A stretch of DNA of 6,255 nt from Candidatus Iainarchaeum sp. (lineage in GTDB: Archaea > Iainarchaeota > Iainarchaeia > Iainarchaeales > VGJJ01), in NCBI GenBank assembly GCA_030688545.1, contig JAUYHT010000003.1:1-6255 (forward strand). The letters run 5' to 3'. The translations under genes and the position numbers were made by a program. Below, in pieces: positions 1-4,659 of the stretch. The notes beneath the pieces are model-generated. The model saw only the letters and a list, made by a program, of their open reading frames with translations, made no database searches and was not told the DNA's origin. Position 1 is the first letter of the stretch. Every line of letters begins with the position of its first letter.

Positions 1-219
1 GGATTGGGAGGACCCATTCACATCCAATTCCTGGCTGATAAACCCCGAATGGTCCAACGCCACAAATAAATCATCAACATACTGATCAGTAATGCGCCTT
101 TCTTCAAAGAGGGTCGCGGGTTGCGTGGGGAGGGAGCTGAATACTAATACCCCCACCACGAGGATGAGGGCTAACACCACGTCCGCGCTGAACGCAAATC
201 CCTGGGGGTTAGGTCGCAT
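1..219 (-). CDS. Class III signal peptide (archaeal type IV pilin-like) protein; 5' part only, runs off the left edge; absent from the supplied ORF track
   Basis: Reverse-complement translation from ATG (219..217) gives MRPNPQGFAFSADVVLALILVVGVLVFSSLPTQPATLFEERRITDQYVDDLFVALDHSGFISQELDVNGSSQS, open for all 73 codons to position 1. It has a short polar leader, G|F, then a roughly 20-residue hydrophobic helix. GGAGGT (complement 228..233) lies 8 nt upstream of the ATG. The start overlaps the end of the upstream gene by 11 nt. Confidence 0.6.
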   Translation of the reverse strand, partial: MRPNPQGFAFSADVVLALILVVGVLVFSSLPTQPATLFEERRITDQYVDDLFVALDHSGFISQELDVNGSSQS

Positions 220-724
220 ATACGGTGACCTCCACCAGGGTTTCTTTTCCATTGAGGGTGGCGAGGCGCTGCACCACGCTTCGATGGGCGGAGGAGGGAG
301 GAGCTTGTCCAGTGGCGAGGAATGGGCCTCCTGAGAATGTGATGTAGAATTCGAATGGGTTGACTGACAGCCTGGTTTTAGTGAACGCGTAGTCCAGATT
401 CCCCAGGTTCACGAATGCCACTACTTTATCGGGATCCAGAACCCGGTCTTTCTGGGCGAGGCCGAACGCCTTCACCTGGTTCAAGTCTGAAATGTCCTCC
501 CAATTGGATGGATCCCCGGGATTCTTGATGATGAACTCAGCGATGTTGGCGGCCACCACATCCAGCCCTTTCCGGGCGATGGATTGTTGGGTCTGGGATT
601 GGACGTCATTCATGTAGCCCAAAAGGCCCACCACAATGACCAGGAATAATCCGGTGGCGAATAATACGTCGGGCATGCTTACCTGCGCTTTGGGGGGAGC
701 GGGGGCGATTGGTAATGAATTCAT
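209..724 (-). CDS. Class III signal peptide (pilin-like) protein, 171 aa
   Basis: N-terminus MNSLPIAPAPPKA|QVSMPDVLFATGLFLVIVVGLLGY: Lys at -2, Ala at -1, Gln at +1, then a hydrophobic helix. The QVSM tetrapeptide is shared with the 532-aa protein. AGGTG (complement 730..734) lies 5 nt before the ATG. There is an ATGA start/stop overlap with the upstream gene at 721..724. The rest is soluble and beta-rich with no recognisable enzyme motif. Confidence 0.8.
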   Translation of the reverse strand: MNSLPIAPAPPKAQVSMPDVLFATGLFLVIVVGLLGYMNDVQSQTQQSIARKGLDVVAANIAEFIIKNPGDPSNWEDISDLNQVKAFGLAQKDRVLDPDKVVAFVNLGNLDYAFTKTRLSVNPFEFYITFSGGPFLATGQAPPSSAHRSVVQRLATLNGKETLVEVTVYAT

Positions 725-1875
725 GTGAACACCTGTTCCGCCACTATTTTCCCAAAGGGGTTGATGAGCGTGGCTTTAGTGCCGGGAATATTCCATAACG
801 TCTGGTTAAGGTCCAAATAGATGGTGGTAGGGGTATTGGTTCCCTGTCCGGTGTGAACCCGCGCGGCCCCATGGAGGATATAGGGTTCGGGAAACGTGAT
901 GAGGGGCACATCATCCCGGAGCAGGGTGAAATGGGATAGTTCCAATGATTGGAGGGCGAGGAATTCAAGGAATTCCTTGGCGATACTTCCTTCGTCGAAC
1001 TCCACCTCCGAGATGATGACTAATGGATTTCCATCCGGACCGAAGCCGGGGTTGTCATACCCGCAGTCGGCGCTGTAATAGAGGGGGATGATTTGGTAGA
1101 CGCACGAGGTACCGTCGCAGGAATACGCTTGCCATACTTTGGTCGTATCGACGCAAGTGAATGTGTCGGGGCCGCATGTTTCCTGTGTGCAGACCCCTCC
1201 TTCGTCATCGTCGGAGAGGAGCGCATCATCCCCGATAGCTTCCTCGGTATCAGTTTCGGGGGTGAAGGCCGCGGATTCGTTCCCCCAGACGCGGTCGAAT
1301 AGCACCCGGTACACGGACACGATGTGTTCTTCACAGGCCACCTCAATGACATCGGGGGCTTGCGCATACAGTCGGGGGTCAGTGCCGAATATCACCGATT
1401 CCCCATCAATGAGGAGGAAATTAGTGGCCACAAATTTGGTCACGGACTTAATACGAATGTGCGCCCCTTCGAGGAAGAATTGGGGGTTGAGGGTGGGGTC
1501 TAAGATCAATCGAACGGTTACCCCCCGCTTGATGGCCTGGCGCAAATGATCGCGGAACTCTTTAGGAGCGGGGGTGCGCAGGATGGCGTCGATTGTGTGA
1601 CTGGCCGAGTCCACCTGCACCACTATTTTCTCGAGGCAGTCAAGGTGAGTGCAATCGAATGAGAGGGAACATTGGTCATTAGCCAGGGCTTTGGCCGCTG
1701 ATACACTTAACCCGGGGATGACGTCCGGATTGACGTGGGGGGTGGTGTCCCCTGGAGCGGGGGGCAGAGGGTCAGGAAATAATAAGATGAGGGCGCCCGC
1801 CACGAGGATAAGGACAATGGGCCCCACTAACCATTTCCATTCGAAGCGGAAGGGAATAAGCTCAGGGGCGGCCAT
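721..1875 (-). CDS. Membrane-anchored protein: N-terminal TM helix, PLD/Nuc-like domain with degenerate HKD motif, acidic Cys-rich linker, C-terminal lamin-tail domain (LTD)
   Basis: TM anchor WKWLVGPIVLILVAGALILLF (aa 13-33). Residues ~78-197 fit the PLDc_2/Nuc pattern by eye (IDAIL..., LRQAIKRGVTVRLILD, ...FLLIDGESVIFGT..., ...VLFDRVW). Linker TPETDTEEAIGDDALLSDDDEG is followed by 6 Cys in aa 229-271. Residues ~284-383 fit the LTD pattern (VIISEVEFDEG...EFLEF...LSHFTLLRDD..ITFPE.YILHGAARVHTGQG...LWNIPGTKATLINPFGKIVAEQVF). GGTGATC (complement 1880..1886) lies 4 nt before the ATG. A 1-nt spacer separates it from the upstream stop. Confidence 0.85.
   Translation of the reverse strand: MAAPELIPFRFEWKWLVGPIVLILVAGALILLFPDPLPPAPGDTTPHVNPDVIPGLSVSAAKALANDQCSLSFDCTHLDCLEKIVVQVDSASHTIDAILRTPAPKEFRDHLRQAIKRGVTVRLILDPTLNPQFFLEGAHIRIKSVTKFVATNFLLIDGESVIFGTDPRLYAQAPDVIEVACEEHIVSVYRVLFDRVWGNESAAFTPETDTEEAIGDDALLSDDDEGGVCTQETCGPDTFTCVDTTKVWQAYSCDGTSCVYQIIPLYYSADCGYDNPGFGPDGNPLVIISEVEFDEGSIAKEFLEFLALQSLELSHFTLLRDDVPLITFPEPYILHGAARVHTGQGTNTPTTIYLDLNQTLWNIPGTKATLINPFGKIVAEQVFT
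727..1026 (-). other. Lamin-tail domain (LTD) coding segment, aa ~284-383 of the 384-aa protein
   Basis: By-eye match to the LTD consensus (IsEv....eFvEl.N....dLsGw.L.d.....y.fP....l.pg....v.tg.g........lWnn.gd.v.L.d..G..vd.v.y). Confidence 0.7.
1405..1428 (-). other. Degenerate HKD catalytic motif (A150-T-N152-F-L-L-I-D157) of the PLD-like domain
   Basis: Reverse complement of 1405..1428 reads GCC ACT AAT TTC CTC CTC ATT GAT = ATNFLLID. Against the canonical H-x-K-x4-D, His is replaced by Ala and Lys by Asn, while Asp is kept. The downstream GS.N is GTDP here. Confidence 0.7.
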
Positions 1876-1876
1876 C

Positions 1877-3475
1877 TCAGATCACCACCAGGTTGAGGTT
1901 ATCAAAACTAATAATGACGCCCTCTCGAGGAGTATCCCAGTCGCCCAAGCCCCCACCCAAATCAATGTAATAGGTCCCTGGTCCCGTGACCAAAGACGTG
2001 AGATTTTGGACATGAAATCGGGTGTCCGCCGAGGGGTTTTCTTTAAACCAAATCTCGGGGGTGGGATCGGCATCCACCGCACCAATGTCGAGGTCGCTTC
2101 CCAAAAACGTAATGGTGTTCTGGTCGTGGAACCGGAGCTTGACCCAGGATTCCTCTCCATTGTCCAAAGCATTGCTTCCCGTGGGATCGGGGTCAATGGA
2201 ATAAAGGAAGCTGAACCGGAGTTTCTTTCCAGCTGTGAGGAGGGAATACATATCCGCGTTCACGTCGAATTGTATTCCAAAAGCCCCGGAGGTGACCATG
2301 CCAATGGTGGCATTATCATCCGGGTTGATAGGAGAATTAGGCACGATCCCCGGCCCCCCCATGCGGAGGTCCAGACTTTGAGTGAGGGGGACTTGGGAAT
2401 CCGAGGTGTTCTTGTCATAATTGGGATCGGCATTGAACTGCACCCCCGCGGGGATGGTACCCCCATAGGTTAGCTTATCCCAGTCCCACCCATCATTCCC
2501 TATATTGAAATCAATTCCAAAGGTGTTGGCGACGCTGTTGACATCCGTGGAGAAATCCAATGGTTGGGGGAGATCATTCCCGTGTTCCCATAAGTCAATG
2601 AGATATCCTTGCTGGGTGAAGTTGACGTCGATGAACCCATAGTCGATGGAAATGGTTTGCCCCACCCCCGCGGGCTCATACGTCATGCGGATACGGGCAT
2701 TGTTAGCTTGGTTGTAGTCCGTGATGCACCAGCTCAAATCGGGAGATGAATAATAGGTTTCCGAAAAATAAGGGGTGTAGGGCTCGATATCCACCCATTG
2801 AGTGTTGTCCCAGCATTGCACCATGTTCTGAGGCCCGTTCAATCCCACGTGGTAGGATTCGAAGTGCTTGATGTGCACGAATACGGAGTTGATGATGTTG
2901 GCGCTGGTGAGCCCTAAATTGTTGAACCGGAACTCCACCCAATCCGGGTTCTCGTTGGGGTTGTCGTCGGAGATCGCATACAGCGCGTCATCGGCCCCTA
3001 CCTCCACCCTCCACGTCTGATTCTGGTCATCGATGAGGAGAAATATCCCATTGCTCACATCCCCACCCCCACTTGGGTCATTGGGGGGGGTGAATGGGTT
3101 GTAATTCGTATCATTCGTGAAGATGACCGTGCCATTCAGGTCGAATGCTTTCACAATGCCCCGGTAGAGTTGCACATTGGACACACTCCCTAATACGGGG
3201 CACAACGCGTCTCCCACCAGGACAAAATTGTTGGTGATGTTCGCGTCCTGCAACAGTTCGAATTTAGTCTCGGTGTAGGGGGGGTTGGAACTCATGTATG
3301 TGATAATGGAAGAAAGCTGGATGCACACCTCCTCCTCCCCCACATTCTGTTGAAGCCGGGCGGAGGATTGTTTGTTTTGTTCGATGAGGAGGAGCGCCAC
3401 GACGAAGAGCATCAGGAGGAAGAGGATGGAGGAAAGCACTTCCATGCTGACCTGGCCGGATTGAACGGGAGTCAT
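1877..3475 (-). CDS. Large class III signal peptide (pilin-like) protein, 532 aa, with extended beta-rich C-terminal domains; putative tip/adhesin subunit
   Basis: N-terminus MTPVQSG|QVSMEVLSSILFLLMLFVVALLLI with Gln at +1 and Glu at +5. GGTGA (complement 3480..3484) lies 4 nt before the ATG. There is an ATGA overlap with the upstream gene at 3472..3475. The remainder is N/D/T/G-rich with 8 N-x-S/T sequons and only 4 Cys. The C-terminal end ...GVIISFDNLNLVVI is reminiscent of lectin/CBM-type beta-sandwich terminal strands. Confidence 0.85.
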   Translation of the reverse strand: MTPVQSGQVSMEVLSSILFLLMLFVVALLLIEQNKQSSARLQQNVGEEEVCIQLSSIITYMSSNPPYTETKFELLQDANITNNFVLVGDALCPVLGSVSNVQLYRGIVKAFDLNGTVIFTNDTNYNPFTPPNDPSGGGDVSNGIFLLIDDQNQTWRVEVGADDALYAISDDNPNENPDWVEFRFNNLGLTSANIINSVFVHIKHFESYHVGLNGPQNMVQCWDNTQWVDIEPYTPYFSETYYSSPDLSWCITDYNQANNARIRMTYEPAGVGQTISIDYGFIDVNFTQQGYLIDLWEHGNDLPQPLDFSTDVNSVANTFGIDFNIGNDGWDWDKLTYGGTIPAGVQFNADPNYDKNTSDSQVPLTQSLDLRMGGPGIVPNSPINPDDNATIGMVTSGAFGIQFDVNADMYSLLTAGKKLRFSFLYSIDPDPTGSNALDNGEESWVKLRFHDQNTITFLGSDLDIGAVDADPTPEIWFKENPSADTRFHVQNLTSLVTGPGTYYIDLGGGLGDWDTPREGVIISFDNLNLVVI

Positions 3476-3903
3476 ATGTTCACCACGTGTACGTTTACAT
3501 CCCCCATCGTCACGCGCAAAGTATAGGGCCCTTGTTCGAAGAATAGGAATCGGGAATCGATATGGGCCTTGGTGAATGCAAACACATGAGTGGGGCTTCC
3601 CCCTTGGTGGAGGGTGGCGATCACATAGTTTTGGTCCACTCGCAATTCCGACAGGCCTTGAGGAAGGGTGATGTTCAAAAGAATGGAGTTGCCCGGCCCT
3701 TTGGCATAGACGAAGTCCACCGCCGAGGAGAGGGAGTCCACCGCGGCCTGCGTTTGGACAAGTTGGATGGATTGGGAATAGATGGTGAAAGCATACGCAA
3801 AAAGGATAACCACGACGATCAGGAGGAAGGTAGTGAAAATGAGGTATTCGAAACCCACTTGTCCTCGGGAAGATGCCATGAATCCTCCCATCGAAACCGC
3901 CAA
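3472..3903 (-). CDS. Small class III signal peptide (archaeal type IV pilin-like, DUF361-like) protein; first gene of the operon
   Basis: ...ASSRG|QVGFEYLIFTTFLLIVVVILFAYAF has Arg at -2, Gly at -1, Gln at +1 and Glu at +5. The start is uncertain. The ORF-track start at 3903 is a TTG preceded by GGAGG (complement 3913..3917) with a 9-nt spacer. In-frame ATGs at 3891 (MGGFMASS) and 3879 (MASSRGQ, preceded by GGAGGA) are alternatives giving shorter leaders. Confidence 0.8.
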   Translation of the reverse strand: MAVSMGGFMASSRGQVGFEYLIFTTFLLIVVVILFAYAFTIYSQSIQLVQTQAAVDSLSSAVDFVYAKGPGNSILLNITLPQGLSELRVDQNYVIATLHQGGSPTHVFAFTKAHIDSRFLFFEQGPYTLRVTMGDVNVHVVNI

Positions 3904-3949
3904 TAAAAAACCCCTCCGCGGAAAAGAGGGTAAAGGGCGGGAAATGGGT

Positions 3950-3999
3950 GGTTTATATTGGGGGATAGGCGCGTTTAAAGCCAGAATGACTTATGTATA
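3950..3999. promoter_or_regulatory. Divergent promoter region with candidate TATA-like boxes
   Basis: The 132-nt gap between the divergent starts at 3903 and 4036 contains TTTATATT (3952..3959), palindromic TTTAAA (3974..3979) and TTATGTATA (3991..3999). Their spacing is compatible with transcription starts roughly 25-30 nt away in either direction. No transcript data, so assignment to a strand is a guess. Confidence 0.35.
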
Positions 4000-4002
4000 G
4001 GC

Positions 4003-4031
4003 GAGTGGGGGCAAGGATAGGGGAGTGGGGG
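4003..4031 (+). repeat. Direct repeat GAGTGGGGG x2, 20 nt apart, in the leader of the plus-strand gene pair
   Basis: GAGTGGGGG occurs at 4003..4011 and 4023..4031. The second copy overlaps the SD-like GGAG/GGAGG just upstream of the ATG at 4036. Confidence 0.5.
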
Positions 4032-4035
4032 AGGC

Positions 4036-4614
4036 ATGACCGAGACGAAAGAAAGGTTCTACCGTGTTCTCCTTGAGAAATACGCGGGAATCATCAACCA
4101 GAACGAGCAGCGCACGGTAGGGGAGATCAAGGCGCTCGTCGACCCCATGGACCCGGGGGTGCAAGGGTTGCTCCAGGAATTCAAACCCACCCCATATACG
4201 TTTGAGCGGGATTATCTTTTCACGGCCCAGCAGGTGTTCGAGCACATCACCCAAGAAATCAAGTATGTTCCTAATGACTTGACTATCAATTTCTGGCTGA
4301 AGCCCCATGAAATACTGGCCAACAAAGTGGCCGATGATGAAGATTTGGCCGTGCTCGTATGCACGGTGTTACATGCGTTGGGGGACGAGAATGCCATGGT
4401 CGTGCTTATGGAATTAGAGAATCTGACGACGCACGCGGTGGTTTTGACAACGGTGAATGGGAAGACACTGCTCCTGGACCCCTGCACGGGACATAATTTT
4501 TTCAAGTATCATGGCGAAAAATCCCATGTGTTCAAGCGGTATCATTTCAATGGCCAACGAATCAAGCGGGCCTTGTATCGGTTTAACGCGCAGATGTACG
4601 AACAGTTCATCTGA
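4036..4614 (+). CDS. Transglutaminase-like (papain-fold) domain protein, 192 aa, with the catalytic Cys position occupied by Asp
   Basis: ILANKVADDEDLAVLVCTVLHALGDENAMVV...THAVVLTTVNGKTLLLDP aligns by eye to the Transglut_core pattern G.C.dFA.lfvallRalG...HaWvev....g.W..lDp. D-L-A matches d-F-A. His133 (4432..4434) and Asp148 (4477..4479) are in place. Asp101 (4336..4338) sits at the nucleophile position. That this ORF is coding is well supported (longest ORF, SD-like GGAG upstream); the fold assignment is less certain. Confidence 0.6.
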   Translation: MTETKERFYRVLLEKYAGIINQNEQRTVGEIKALVDPMDPGVQGLLQEFKPTPYTFERDYLFTAQQVFEHITQEIKYVPNDLTINFWLKPHEILANKVADDEDLAVLVCTVLHALGDENAMVVLMELENLTTHAVVLTTVNGKTLLLDPCTGHNFFKYHGEKSHVFKRYHFNGQRIKRALYRFNAQMYEQFI

Positions 4615-4659
4615 CGGGGTGGGTGACATATAGATAAAGAGAAAGGAGTTGTGAGATTA

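Noticed and set aside
1649-2473. 274-aa plus-strand ORF, together with other antisense or shadow ORFs in the track: 92..334, 744..968, 896..1078, 1020..1367, 1093..1302, 1139..1549, 1882..2196, 2022..2204, 2260..2466, 2703..2942, 3562..3906, 3782..4000, 3991..4308, 4212..4505, 4414..4629, 4692..5078, 4720..4938, 4806..5165, 4985..5284, 5097..5396, 5348..5569, 5720..5941
   Set aside because: All lie inside, antisense to, or out of frame with, longer ORFs that have recognisable domains, SD-like motifs and coupled junctions. Their translations are low-complexity (R/G/P/S-rich), as expected for shadow frames in G/C-rich codon usage. The 274-aa ORF even spans the junction of two minus-strand genes.
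2906-2947. Possible second LTD-like motif (NPDWVEFRFNNLGL) in the middle of the 532-aa protein
   Set aside because: It resembles only the E-F/W-V-E-L-x-N core of LTDs. The flanking strands do not follow the LTD pattern by eye, so it is too short to support a domain call without an HMM or structure search.
3083-3090. 8-nt poly-G (poly-C on the coding strand, encoding PP at aa 130-131) inside the giant pilin-like gene, a possible slipped-strand phase-variation tract
   Set aside because: G/C homopolymers of 6-7 nt are scattered through the window, including in the housekeeping NFACT gene (for example 5115..5121 and 4725..4730) and elsewhere in this gene (2354..2360). They are explained by a GGG/CCC codon preference. 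Nothing shows length variation. It is only worth checking if population reads are available.
1-3903. Interpretation of the minus-strand cluster as an archaellum (fla/arl) operon
   Set aside because: Nothing in the window resembles FlaH/FlaI/FlaJ (ArlHIJ) or the conserved archaellin N-terminal domain. Gene sizes and the embedded PLD-like/LTD protein do not fit archaellum operon architecture. The FlaF/FlaG-like possibility for the 171-aa protein cannot be excluded by eye but has no positive support.
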